A DNA stretch of 64,000 nt from Dudresnaya verticillata. Its lineage: Eukaryota. This document shows, one piece after another, positions 51,278 through 64,000 of the stretch; the stretch's first letter is position 1; the number at the start of each line of letters is the position of its first letter. Location of the stretch: assembly GCA_977862235.1 (NCBI GenBank), contig OZ374558.1, positions 2,728,001 to 2,792,000 on the forward strand, in the 5' to 3' direction. The notes under the pieces are model-generated. The model saw nothing but the letters and a program-made list of their open reading frames with translations. It was not told the DNA's origin and did not search any database. The position numbers and the translations under genes were made by a program.

Positions 51278-53628
51278 ATGTCTGCAGTGGACAGATGCAT
51301 AGCATCAAAGCTCTTCCAGTTTGAAGAAAACGAAAAGAATTATCGCATCTCGAAGAAGATTTATGAAGCAGCTCTTGTAGTTGCACCATCTCCTCCCGTA
51401 TATTTCGCGGTTTGTACAGGAGAGTTTGCTACATTACGCTTTCTAGAAGGCTACGACGTCGAAATGCCAGGCTTCAACGAGGGTTCTTCGTATTCACTCA
51501 GAGGGAAAGTTGATCGGAAATCTTCCGTCATCCTTTTCAAAAACAGATTTGAAGTATCCCGTTGGACCTTCATATTCTCAGGATTCAAGTGTTGTCAGTA
51601 CACTGAGGAGCGCTGCAGCATTCCTCACAGTGGGTTTTGGAAGAATGAGGCAGAAGACATCACTGATGACCGCGACAATCCTACCTCTGAAGAGATGGAG
51701 ATGGAACTTCCTCGTCAAGTTTTCCTCTTCGCCCAAAACAGCTTCCCACTGGTTTGCAAACTTTTACAGAGTCGCAAAGGCCTTTTTGATCAGTTGCAAA
51801 CCAGAGAAATGTCATACAATCGACAAAACGGAGTTCATGAACTTTTATTGTTGGTTGATGTGTTGGTCATGAACTTGGTAGGCCATAGCCAAAGGTGCCA
51901 GACTTCATTAGATGCGCTGAATTTGGGAGACCAGGATTGGTGGATTAAAGAAAGTGTACGCTGGTAAAGCTTCCTACACGACTGCAAGGTGCGAACCATG
52001 ATCTCGTCGATATGCTCCGAAGAGACACAGGGAATAGTATCCTTCCAGTATCCAAAAAGTCAAGAGGGAGGTGTCCACCTTTGAAGGCAAAGTACCCTGG
52101 AAAATTCTGTCCTAGTCCAATCCACGGCCAAGAATCTCCTAAAGTCATTACGTTGGAGTCTGCTGCTGAATAGCCTTACCTGTTCCATAGTAGTGAGGAT
52201 GGGAGCTTGTCATGGGTTATTGTTATCAGCATTGGGACGCATCTACATACATGGCCGAGAGCAACCCCTTGAGCTTGATCAAACACTTTGTTGACAGCTA
52301 ATGTTCAAAAAATCCAAAGATGACAAGTCGGGCTCTTTCAATCAGTGTTGAAGAAATATTCAAGCTAAAGGATCCTCTCAACACAATACAGAAGCTACGA
52401 AATCAGTTCTGAAGAGAACGCTACCCATTTAGGCGCTGATCGCAATTTATCGGGCAACATGTGGAAATGATTACAGTTACAGTTACAATATGTCAATCGC
52501 GGATCATAGATTAAAAGACGAACGGAGACAACTGCGCGATCAGGAAGGGATCCACGAAGAAATCAGCATTCTCATGGCAAACGAGGAGCTACTAAAAAAT
52601 AGTGTTAAGATGCCTCGGTTGGGATGTGATGGACCCTTTGGCATCGTCAGTTCTTACGATGAAGATCTGAATTTCGAGCTCAACACGATTTTCGCCAAGG
52701 ATGATAAGACGGGAAAGGTATTTAGATTCATGAGGCAGCTCTGCTACAGAAAGACGGTGGCGGCAAGGAAGATTTTGTCCAAAGAACTGATTTCGAGGCT
52801 CGTTCAGTTGGGCTTGAAGGACCCTCTCTCAGCTCCAATTGATGAGCAAATGACCATGCCGACAGATTTTGAAACAACATAGGCATTTGAGTTAGGGCGT
52901 GCATTGTCAGAATAATTTCGGTCAGGTTCGAACATGGAATACGTTCAAGCCGTGTGCTTCGGATGCGAGGTGCACGCAAAGCAGTTAGTAATGGAGAAGT
53001 GCGACATTTCTCAGGACTCTTCTCCTTTCAGGTGGGCAGTAGGAACGAGAAATGTCTTGGAATAGGCCGCAGTGGATGAGGCATTGTGTGTCATGACTGG
53101 GATGGGTGGCAAGCGGGGGTCTTTTTCACAATGGCTGAAGAACAACAAAGTTGCCTTTTCCTTTGGTTTCACCCGTACTACTCAAATAAGAACCCTGCAG
53201 AGCTATCAAGCTCTGTCTTCTGGGACAAAAATCCCAACGAGGCCATGAATGCTCGGATCAAAGGCTTACCTAGCTATCTTCAGACCAATCATCGAGGTCT
53301 GGACCTGTTAGAGGAAGTGAATAAGTTAACCATAATGGACGATGGAGATGCCAGAAACATAGCGGTTTTTTCTCCAACTCAAGGGATACAGTACGTATCG
53401 GAACCGGATTGGAAGAGATCTCAAGAAAAAGCAAGGAAAAGGAACTACGACGAGGTAATAGTGATCGATTATGAACCTGTTCCCGCGTCACAGCCGAAGA
53501 AAGCCCGGACGTTTTCCAAGGGCGGTACAGGTAGTTCGAGGCCAAGAACTAAACATACTGTCCTAGTATCTGCAGAGAAGGTTGATGCCCTCACAAGGAA
53601 GACAAAAGGACTCACGTCTTTAGTATAG
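51278..53628 (+). pseudogene. Decayed Mutator (MULE)-like transposase
   Basis: TDFE motif and NPNEAMNARIK (resembles TNNxxExxN) in the expected order, basic tail; many stops; no TIR located. Confidence 0.45.
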
Positions 53629-54179
53629 AAAGTAGAGAAACTCATAGCATCCCGTAGCAATAAAAATATTCGACATGAAGGGGCCATATCATAAAAGGAC
53701 GGAACCAAAGCGGTCATTTTCGCCTGTGAGTCTCAGGAATAGGTCATGACTGCTTGGTCTCGATGACATAAGCCGTAATCACTCGCGCTCAATTTAAATA
53801 TAGAACTGAATGACAAACGAGGCATTTATCCTCAGATAGTGCTCACCGCCAATAGCACTGAGTCAACAAATACTGCAGTATACGCATGCGCATGCAGTAT
53901 GCGCGATATCTCACGCATACGCATCTGGGGCACTCATTTGTCTGCAGACACATGTGCATGGATGTATATGTATATTTACATATTGACATAGGAGGGTTCA
54001 GGCGCAAAACATGCACAAGCTGCGCCTACTTCAAATTAGCATCACCTCCGGATCGGTGACGTGACATTGAGAAGCAACGGAATGCTTTCATTGCCAACCG
54101 TTTTCTAAACGAAAGATTGGTCTCACGTGGACGGGCACGCGGTAATATGCATCGGAAAAGTTTTACGTTCGGTCGGCGT

Positions 54180-54780
54180 GTCTCATAGTGGTTTGAATAG
54201 AGTGACATTATTGAGCAACCGAATTATAGGATAGCGCTTGCTATGATTTGAGTGCAACATACCTTCGGTACGGTATTGGAATTTGTGAGGCGATACATTG
54301 TAGTGCGCACACGGGAGAAGAAGCTTCGGGTACTGAATTGCGCAGTTACATACCACCAGGAATGCGTAATCTAAACAGATGATGGAAATAATTCGGATAT
54401 TTGGGCATGTGGTCGACAAAAGAAGACCCTATCGAACTCCTAGAATGTAACATGACACGTTGCTGTTTCCACGGCAATGTAAAACCAAACACACCTGGGC
54501 TCTCTTGTGCGTGAGGGGCGTCGGGTCTCAGAGTGGTTGCAATAGAGTTGTTGCGCCAACTGTACAAAACTCAGTGCTATCAGTGCTACCATAGAGCGCG
54601 CTGTTATAGGAGAGAAAGATATCTTCGTTAGGGTATTGAAATTTGCGAGGCCGTGCATTGCAGTGAGCACAAGGGAGCAGGAGCTTCGGACACTGAATTG
54701 TGAAGTGTAATACCACCAGTATTACGTCATCTAAAACGATGATAGAAATGATTCGGTTATTTGGGCATGCGGTCGACAAG
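54180..54780. repeat. Diverged tandem duplication (period about 350 bp)
   Basis: 54180-54420 resembles 54526-54780 (TCTCAkAGTGGTT...AGCTTCGG...TACCACCAG...TATTTGGGCATGyGGTCGACAA). Confidence 0.8.
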
Positions 54781-55019
54781 TCGACCATCTCGAACTTCTG
54801 TGTCTAAGGAAATTTAAAGCCAAACCGAAATGGGCTGTTGCACGCGAGGGATTCAGGCCTAATCCCAAGGATGCGGCGACTGCAGGCTAGGAGCTGCACT
54901 CCCGTTGCTATTGTACAGTACGGTTGCGATGTTAGCACACTCTGGAATGAGTTACGTGTACAGTACTGTATAGTGTAGCAGTGCCAATGAGATTGTACCG
55001 TTGCCACTCTACCGAATCA

Positions 55020-56021
55020 GTTTTATTGTACCTTATTTGACGGGTTTGGGTACAAGGTGCGTCGGGTGTTGGGTCCTATATGGGTCTGAACCGCAATACA
55101 CGAACGAAAATGGGTTTCACTACCAAACACGTACGTAGCTGTGGTACAACGAGCGCTGGGGCGCTGTAAGGATATACGTGTACCAGGAACGCCTGTAAGG
55201 CCCAGGAAGAATGGTGATATGGCTACGCGCTATTGGATAACTAACTACGTGAGAAAGGTGCCCGCTGAGTCTATGATACGCCCCATGATTTCGCGGCTGT
55301 TTTGGACCCGGCGTCTTACACTTACTCCGTGGCTACGGAGGCGTTACGGCCGGTAATTACTATTTCTAACTCGTATGTTAACTGTTAGTGTACAGTATTT
55401 GTTCACTGTTAGCATTATAGCTCTATCTGGCGGGTAGCAGTTTTCCAGCTGCCGCTGTATTTATTAGGCCCAAAAGTAGCAGCGACCTCGCATTAAACGG
55501 GCAGCGGAGTTTGCCTTGGGTTTCTCCCTTTTGTTGGGACTCTAACGGTACCATCGCTATAATCCCCGTTACGTGTCTTCAAGCCGTGCTACAAACTAAA
55601 TATGCTGTAATCAGTACGGTTCGCCTTCTCTTTTCCTTTTCAAGCCCTCGTAAGTCTCTACCATCACCTTTATGGAGCTACCTACAACGCGAGTAGGAAT
55701 AGAGCTTTCAGGATATCTGTCGTGCTGTGCGGCCGTCTACGCTGGCTTGAAATCCATTGTAATACTAGGAGCCGAGCTCTGCAATGGCGTCACTAGCCGA
55801 CGGCATGAAGGTAGGGGTACCCTAAGTGTGGAGCCGAAGTTTCGTTGGGTTTACAGTAGCAGAGTGGTACTATACCCTTAAGTCCCAAGGCCGGCGGCGG
55901 CCCGGCGGCGATACAGATTAGGGCTACTGTACAATAGAAAATAAACTAACACTAGAGTACAAAACATACACTGCTCTAGAACAGTGTGCCTACTGTACAC
56001 CGACACCGGCACGCTGTAAGG
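55020..56021. mobile_element. LTR-like non-coding segment where the Gypsy I integrase breaks off; boundaries uncertain
   Basis: Several CTGTAAGG motifs and a pyrimidine tract as in other LTRs; no termini or TSD identified. Confidence 0.35.
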
Positions 56022-59000
56022 CTTGTAATGACGAGCCATTCCAACACTCGATTCTTGAAGTGTGATCCTTGGTCTGAAACCCAAAACTGCATCACAGTAA
56101 ATACTCTAATCCATCTTGATATCTCCTTAGCAGCTGTTTCTGCATCCGCAGTTTGGCACGGAGAAAGCTATAGATATGTAGACAAATCGTCTCGAATTAT
56201 CAGCATGTACTTCAGCCCATCGATACCTATCCCCATATATATGAAATCAAAATGGATGACTTCGTCGGGATATGAGCCATGAAGGGTTATAGACAGTGGA
56301 CGCGGGATTCGATGACCAGTCTTGGCAATGATGCAATGCAGACAGCTTTGGACAAATGCTCTGCAGTCCTGGTCCATACCTGCCCAACTGTACTCCTCTT
56401 TCCACATGCTGGCAGTAGAGTCGTGACCACGATGCCCTCCGCACCCACAATGGGCAACGACAAGCAGTTTCAATTTGAGCTCATCATCCTGAGGTGGAAT
56501 CCATATCTTGCCATCTTTCCCCAATAGACCACCATCCTCGCGCTGAACAGCACTCGGTATAGTCAAAGCTTCCGACTGTGACTTCAGTATCATATCCAGG
56601 GACGGCCATAAAAAATATTCAGCCAACGGGGACGCAACCAGGTCCTCCTCGTTGAACTTGCTAGTTATTCTTCGTGCAACTTTGTGCTTTCCATGATATC
56701 CAGAAAACCAGCGCGTCATCATATCTGCTGTCACGTTATGCTTACTATCTATATCTTCTATCGTGTACGTAAATCTTGATAGAAATAGCGCCCATCTTTG
56801 TATTTTGTTAACGACATGGCGACCTAACATTGGCTTCAGGACGAGTGGATTGGAAACAAAGAAAAGATTCCGATGATCCGTAGAGACGTGAATGTCTTCT
56901 TCACATGCGAACATAAAATCCATTTTCTCGAATGACTGAAACACAGCGTACGCCTCTTTCTCAAATGTACTCCAATTGCGCTGTGTGCTTGTGAATGCAG
57001 ACCCGAGAAAGGCCAATGGCTCATGCATTTGTTCTGATACGTGATTTTCCAGACAGGTACGCTCACATTGGGTCACTACTGCTGACCAAAACTCGTCGGA
57101 TGCGTCAGCAAACACGCAGTTAGTCTTGTCGGGATCCCGATGTGACAGCTTTACAGCTGTGCGTAGTTGCTCTTGCAGTTCTTCAAATATGTCTAGATGC
57201 TTTGGTCCCCATGACAATGTAGAAGATCGTATTCCTTGCACTGAACGAGACGTCCACTTTCCTGAATTTGTGCATGCCTCCTCCAGAATCTGTTTCAGTG
57301 GTGCAACACGTGTTACAAAATCTGGGATATAATTAGACATCCACTGCAGGCAATTCACGAACTGTGAGAGCTCACTTGCGTTTGCTGGTGGATGGGCAGA
57401 CTTCAAACCATTTGGACCCTGGGATCACATTCTATTCCATCAATATCAATAATGTAGCCGCACCAGCGTAACGAGTTGCTGAATATTACTGTCTTTGTAG
57501 CTGAAACTTTCAGATTATTATCCCGAAATATCTGCAGGAATTGGCGCAATAGTGCAATCAGCTCTTTTTTCAGTCTTCACGTGCACCGCGAAGTCATCAA
57601 GCCATGCCTTTAGAGATGCGTCCATGGAAGCAAAGCAGGGCTGAACGCGAGACTGAAAATATTGTACTGCATTCAGAGACCCTTGGAGCGTCCGTGTCGG
57701 CTGGTAAACTCCAGCCGGTATTAAGAAGCTTAAGTATGGTTGGCTGCTTTCAGTAAAGGCATCTGCCAGTAACCAGCACAAAAATCGATACTGGCGAAGA
57801 ACCTACTTCCGGAAAAGTCCATGAGCTCGGACTGCAAGTGTGGCATCGGCCATGTCATAGGTTTGGTGCATTGGTTGACACGTCTTAGATGAAATGTAAG
57901 ACGAAACTTCTTTGTTCCTGGTTTAGGCACGAGCAAAGGAGGCAACGAACACTCCGCATGAGGGTTAGGTTTAGCCATGTTGAAATCGACCAAGGTTTCC
58001 ATAAAACGTTTCATGTAATTACGCTGGTCCACTGAGTATCTCCTCGTTTTTGAAATATAGGGCACCGACCTGGGCTTCAGCTGTACATACATCGGTTCAA
58101 CCTTTGCTGGCTGGCCCGGCCCCAATCTCACGGTAGTCCTCAAGTAGTGATGTCATACCATCATGTCCCGTAGAGCTCAAGCCGTTTTCAATAGATTTGG
58201 TTAGCATAGAACCTAACGCTTTATCCAGCTCCTCCGGTGTGTCAATACCAAGTTCCGTTCGTTACTCCGCTAGGCTGTCCACTTCATCAGTCGCAGCTCT
58301 GTCGGAATGGAACATACCCGAAGAAAGAATTCGAGCAATTGATCCCTCGGCGTAGTCATCATCAACAATTTCTGCAGCGTCTATAGAACCGCTATGGTGA
58401 TCACACGCAGCTTCTAAAATCTTTTTGGTATCCAAGCCCAGGGCCTCCTGAATAGGTCGACCCAGTAGTGGTTCATCAACTGCATCGACAGCAACTATCA
58501 TTTCAAATTGCGAATCAAAAGTGACTTGCCATGTCGAATGTGCAATTCAGTATCCAGAATTACCTCCCGGTCGCAAGAAACAGAAAGAGCGGAAGCAGCT
58601 AAGCCGAACTTCCTCGGAATTTCGTACACCTCAACTTTCATGTCGGCATGTTGCCTAAGCAGATCCAAAAACACAAGGCCTGGCATGAGGTTAATATCCG
58701 AACCACCGTCCACACATAATCGAACATCTACACATCCTGACAAAGTAGCGCCCATGATGGTAGAGTTAGTTTCCTCAGCTTTCGCCCTATTCTCTCCATC
58801 AAGTGGAGCCACAACTTGCTTGGCTTCCCGTTGCCGCTGTCTAAAATTGTGATCCCTCTGCTCCTTCAACTCCTGAAGTAAACGTTTCGCCTCGTTTACA
58901 CTTGTGTCCGGACAATTCCAAACCCCGCCTTTGTGCTTCCTGTTCTCCTTCTGACATATTGGATTGAGAAAAAGGAAAGAGCGGGCATTCATTTTGGTGT

Positions 59001-59852
59001 TTGCCTTGTTGTCGTCCTTCTCATTCTTATTTAAAGATGACTTGGTACTCTTAGAAACGTTCCGGGTAGTAGAAGATTCTTCTTTTCGACCTTTCCACCT
59101 AGGCTTGTCATGGACTGCTGCTTTTCTGCAAACCATAGCGACGTAGCGATTTACATCTTTCTTGAGGCCTGGTTCGAACTCCAGATATTCTGCCATGTCC
59201 TCTTTGAGCTCGGGCGGATATAGCTTCTCCTGAATCAACTTAACTGTTTTCTCGGGATTCCGCTGTTTGAAGTCACCGTAGCCAGTACCATCGAGCCTTT
59301 CAAATATGTCATGGACGTATTGAATCAGGCGTGCGTCCGGGTTAGTAACTGACATTGGAACTCGAAAGCCACGTACTGCCTCCTATATCAACGTAGGATT
59401 AATATCCTTGCTATCATCAACTGATACCAGTCCCCTGATATATTTATCAATATGTTCAGAACTTAGTTCAGGGAACGACAATCCGCTTGCCACTTCCTCG
59501 ATTCGTCCCAGTCCGTGAAGAGTTTTCAACAATCCTCTATCCACGGAAACTTTAAACGAAGTCGCTTAAGCGACAGTCATCGACGGAACCTCCTTTTGCT
59601 TTTCAAGCACTTCGTCGACATATCGGTCCCTCTCCCTTAAAAAACTGCAACCTTCAGGACGTCAACAATTCGCAACACTGGGTGCTGTACCGGTGCAAAT
59701 AAAGCGGCTCTACTCTGACCCATGCTCGAACCCGCAGGCTCGCTGACATCATCATTTGCGGAAACTCCCGTCGGCGCTACGGCCGCGCGTCTTCTCTTCG
59801 TAGGCATCAATAATCCGACAACGGAACGTGAAAGACCACTCCGTATGAACAT
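56022..59852 (-). mobile_element. Gypsy I gag-pol remnant (same lineage as C)
   Basis: Protease VDGGSDIN...LLGRP; RT with WLDD; RNase H FADAS, EKEAYAV; integrase HRG...CLHC, VSDQGSHFKN, then truncated. Confidence 0.9.
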
Positions 59853-60208
59853 CTTTCGTTAAGAATGCGTTCCCCTTCTGCAGAAAGAGAAATTTCTCTA
59901 GACGCTCGACTGCCCCAACCAGGACTCAGTGTAGTGTGTGAATGATCTCTGCCGTCTTCTCCCAGAAGGCGGCGGACCGAGGCAATTTATGTTGACCTCG
60001 GTGCAGGGCACAACGGGGGTTGCATAGTAACGTGCTGTAGCAACGTAGCTATGTCAATCTTAACGGTTAGCTACAACGTCCCTCTTCCCTACTGGAATGG
60101 GTCGTGCAAATCCTAAACAACAACAATTTGGCTTTCACTAGCTTGAAGCCGGTTGCTCTCTACAAGCAGTCGATGCTTGTCAGCCCCTGCGCGTTACGAT
60201 GCCTAACC

Positions 60209-62415
60209 TCAACCATCTACATTCCTCACTCGCGACAAGCGGGTCGGGTTTGACGACCAATCCGGTCGCCAACCTCTGGCGTCGACGCCCTCGCGGCCCA
60301 ACCCGCAGCGCGAACTGCTCCGAGCAGTGATGACCGTGCAGGAGCACACCGGGCTAGCAGCCGACGAGTGGCTCCCGCGAGCGCTCGACGCGCATAGCAA
60401 GGGCGAGTCCGACCGGGAGCAGGGCCAGCAGCCCTAGCTCCTTTTTGACACGCCGCCGCGATCGACGCGAGGCGCGGGCCGGGCGTCTAGTCAGCCAACG
60501 GAAGATAGCTCGGATTCCGAAAATAGTTTTGACCGGATAGAACCGGAAAAAGAGTAAAGGCGGCGCTGTTCGTGCGGTCGTGCGCACCCTCTCTCTCTAC
60601 CCCAGATCCAACATCCTCCGCAAATCCGTCGACGGCAGGTGGGACGTCGAGTCCCAACCAACGAAGGACCTCCTCGCCAAGCAGCGCTGAGGGCCCCCTA
60701 CGCGAAGAGCCGTCGAAGGCCACGTGCTCCAAGCCACCTTGGCCCCCACGGCGTCGACGCAAGCGACAGGCACGTCGCCGAGCGCGTACGTGTCGGTCGA
60801 CGGAGCCCGAGGCACCGTCTGCTCGATGCGAAAGTGCCATGTCTCACTGCGTCGACGCGGAGCTGGCCACTACCCCAGACGGGTATGTGTGCCTATTGTC
60901 CTCAGAGATATACCGCGTGTCTGGGTCACTGGCGCGGACCCAGGGGTAATGATAGCACACACCATTGCGGTGGATACCGGCTCCGGGTACAACCTTATCG
61001 CGAAGCGGGCGCTGCCACCCGGATGGGAGCAGCACGCGGCGGCGATGGAGTCGACTCCTCGCCTCGCCGGGGCTCATAAGACCCCACTGAGCCTATCAGG
61101 GGTGGCGCACCTCTCGATGAGGTTGGGGAACACGACCTTCCGCGTGCCATTCATAGTGGCCGACACCTTGGCCGTCGACGTCCTGGTGGGAACGCAGTTC
61201 CTCAACGCGCACGTGCGAGGCATCGATGTCGAATCGAAACGCTTATCGCTCCGATGCGGGGGCTCAGTGCCCCTCCTCAAGCGCAGTAGACCTGCCGAGG
61301 AAAGTAAGCCGGCATCGAAGCTGAAGAACCCGTCGACGGGTTTGTCGAGGAAGCACCAGAGGGAGCTCCTCGACTGGGATCACGGCACCCAAACCATCCG
61401 CCTCTCTAGGCAGATGGTGCTCCCAGCCTATTCCCAAAGGCTCGTCTCCGTGAGGTCAGGAGCAAGTGGGTTGATCCACACCGAACCCAAACCCTCGTTG
61501 CAGTTCCGCCACGGCGTGAGACGTACCAACGGGGTGCACGACGACTAGTCGATGCGACCCTTCGGGGTCATCGACGGGAACTTCGCCGACAAACCTCATA
61601 ACCTGCCTAAAGGAACCGTTTTCGGCTATGCGGTTTGGAACTCGGTTGCACTGATAACTCCCGACCGCAAAGTCGCGGAGGAGTTCGGGTGGGTGATGAA
61701 TATCACCACCCTACCCCCACGGGGGCAGAGGCCCCCGGTCAACAAGGATGGCGTCGAACCATCCACCTCGCCGTCGACGGCGAAGGGCATCGACGCCCAG
61801 CCGCTGCAAGGCGCAGGTACCGCCGCAGCGAAGGCCAACCCGTCCGTCGTGGACTGGGAAGAGCAGGTCGACCTTTAGTCTATCGACGACAAGGTCACCC
61901 GCAAGGAGGTCCTCTCCATGCTAAGGAGGCACCAGTCCTTAGTCCTTTGGGGACCGGAGGCTGGGCACTATTGCCGCCACCCGACACCACATCGACGTGG
62001 AACGGTGCACTCGCCCCATACGCTCCATGCCGTATCGCCAGGGCCCTGCCATGCGCAAGCTGGTGCAGGATGAGATGGATAACATGCTTCGTGCAGGGGT
62101 TATCGAACCCACCACCTCGGAATGGGCATCGACAGTAGTCCTGGCGTTCAAGAAGGACGGCACACTTAGGTTTTGCTTGGACTATCGACGTCTCCACACG
62201 AAAACGTTAAGTGATACGTACCCTCTACCGAGGATGGACGACTGCATCGACAGTCTAGGCGATGCAGCCGTCTTCTCGACGTTGGACTGCAACGCGGGGT
62301 ACTGGCAAATCCCTGTCGCAGAGGCTGAGAGGGATAAGACCACGTTCATGTCGTTCCTAGGGACGTTTCGCTACTTGCGAATGCCCTTCGGGCTGAAAAA
62401 CACCCCCGCGACTTT
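60209..62415 (+). pseudogene. Internal fragment of a family-B Gypsy (gag end, PR, RT N-half)
   Basis: Colinear with the reverse complement of about 37385-39590; VDTGSGYN, FCLDYRRL, MPFGL. Confidence 0.92.
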
Positions 62416-62635
62416 GCCCTAGCCATCGTACATGTACAAATAATCCATCACTTGCTTCTCCAATATCCTTGATAGACTCCTCCATCTCGAACTTAGACTC
62501 GACAGGCTTCGCCTGCTCTTCAAGCCGCTGGGATATTTCAGTTCCATCTAGCTTACTGCGATAAATCTGCATCTTGGCTGCATGTACGATCTCGGACTTA
62601 TCTCGGACTGGGTTTGGTAACCGGCGGTATCTCAA
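62416..62635 (-). pseudogene. Integrase C-terminus/chromodomain fragment of another Gypsy
   Basis: EIVHAAKM...ESIKDIGEASDGLFVHVRWLG, comparable to 21249-21785. Confidence 0.65.
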
Positions 62636-62783
62636 TCAACCGGAAGCTGACAAAACTGGATAGAACGCATCTTTTCTGCTCTAATATCCGCAGAAAAGCC
62701 CACATATCGATTACAGCCTACCTTATCCATCAGAATACGCGCCAGCGTTCTGTTTCGGGAAAATCCGGAATGTGTAGACTACT

Positions 62784-63088
62784 CTCCAGCTTCGCACGTA
62801 CTCACACCCGCGGGACTCGATCCCACGACCTCCATGGCGGACCAAGCAAAAATAAACCACTAAGCTATTTCCGCTTCAGTGTGGCTTTGCTTCGTGTAGT
62901 GCTGTGATGCTCCCTACTTAAGAACCTACCGATGATCATTGTAGAATAATCTCCAGATTCGCACGTGAACACATCCGCGGGACTCGATCCCACGACCTCC
63001 ATGGCGGACCAAGCGAAAATAAGCCACTAAGCTATTGCCGCTTCAGTGTGGCTTTGCTTGGTATAGTGCGGTGATGCTCCCTACTTAA
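62784..63088 (-). repeat. Two tandem copies (period 167 bp) of a tRNA-derived, SINE-like unit
   Basis: Minus strand A-box TAGCTTAGTGG and B-box-like GGATCGAGTCC in both copies (62784-62921, 62951-63088). Confidence 0.65.
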
Positions 63089-64000
63089 AATCATACCTCA
63101 GCAGGTATCTACAAATGGCGCTTGTGGAAGACGTCAACGATGCGGTTGCCATTCTGGGCACGGAAGAAGCAACGCTCGGAGGAAACGTTACCGGAGTTGC
63201 ACTCGTTATGGGTGAGAGAGATGCAAAATCCTCGAGCCATTGTCCTCTCCGGACGTATTCAGGGCAGCTCCGGGATCGCGCAAGGACGTCATAGGGCATG
63301 ATCCAAGGGATTTGAATGAATACAGACGGGAAAGAGAGAGTATGAAGGATGCTATTTGTCGAGTAGTGCAGAAGGTAGTAATCGGAGACATGTTCATGGC
63401 TCAGGGGCGGGACTGTACTGTAGTGGCTACGAAGTAGCTGGGTCTGCTTGGTCGCAACCGGCTTCGGTTTAGGAAGTCCTATAGTAGGATGTACCGAGTA
63501 ATTGGGATGCAAAGGGCCTACAAGGGTGTGTCGGAAAAGTAATTCACAGTGGTATTGAAGTTCTGATACAGAAGCAGGTACTGGGACGATCAAAGCAGGA
63601 AGAATAAAACCTTGACGGAACTTTGGGAATCCGCACACTGCGGGTGCATGGAGGGCCCCAATGTTGAGGGCGGAGAGCGACGCTTGGCCAACATAATTCG
63701 GCGCCGATATGATTGCCATCAGAAGGAAGAGAACCACTGAAACATTTGGAACTCCTGAATCGTAGTTACGACGACAGCCAACAACTGAAAACGTATAGCT
63801 GTTTATAGAAATGTTCCGGTGTGCCGAGTGAGTACCAGATCCCGTGAAGATCACTTCCTGAGAGATGGGAAGGAAAATTCCTGAATGTGAGTGGGGGCTT
63901 TACCTGCACGGACATGGAACGTCTCTGAACGCCAAGTACTTGTGATGCGCGGATACATATGTTCGTGCGTACCGAGAAAGCAGGGAGGAAGTGGGAAAGC

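Noticed and set aside
59905..60208. 5' LTR and PBS of Gypsy I
   Set aside because: A CTACA end is present near 59929 but there is no TGG PBS and no partner LTR.
62800..62876. Functional tRNA gene
   Set aside because: Acceptor and anticodon stems do not pair; kept only as a tRNA-derived repeat.
63081..63854. 257-aa minus-strand ORF
   Set aside because: No recognisable motif in any frame and a non-ATG start; left unannotated.

Overview
Eukaryotic, transposon-saturated region with no intact host gene. The element lineages suggest a red-algal nuclear genome, but that is inference. The left part is a nested stack read from junctions: a chromodomain Ty3/Gypsy pol (C, 21216-24901) is abutted by a family-B LTR, which is split by a full Gypsy (A, 7647-20636), whose 3' LTR is split by a GalEa-like Copia (722-7646), whose 5' LTR is split by another LTR (1-721). 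Next come a truncated Gypsy (H), a near-complete Gypsy (B, 29632-42197), a pogo-like DNA transposon holding three solo LTRs with TSDs, two gene-like relics, a decayed Mutator-like transposase, further Gypsy fragments and a tandem tRNA-like repeat. Main candidate for an undescribed system: Gypsy elements A, H and B each carry a large antisense ORF (about 770-970 codons including breaks) between pol and the 3' LTR. The H and B copies differ mainly at synonymous positions in their conserved blocks, and all three share a weak core motif that I cannot assign to a known domain. All alignments and counts were done by eye.
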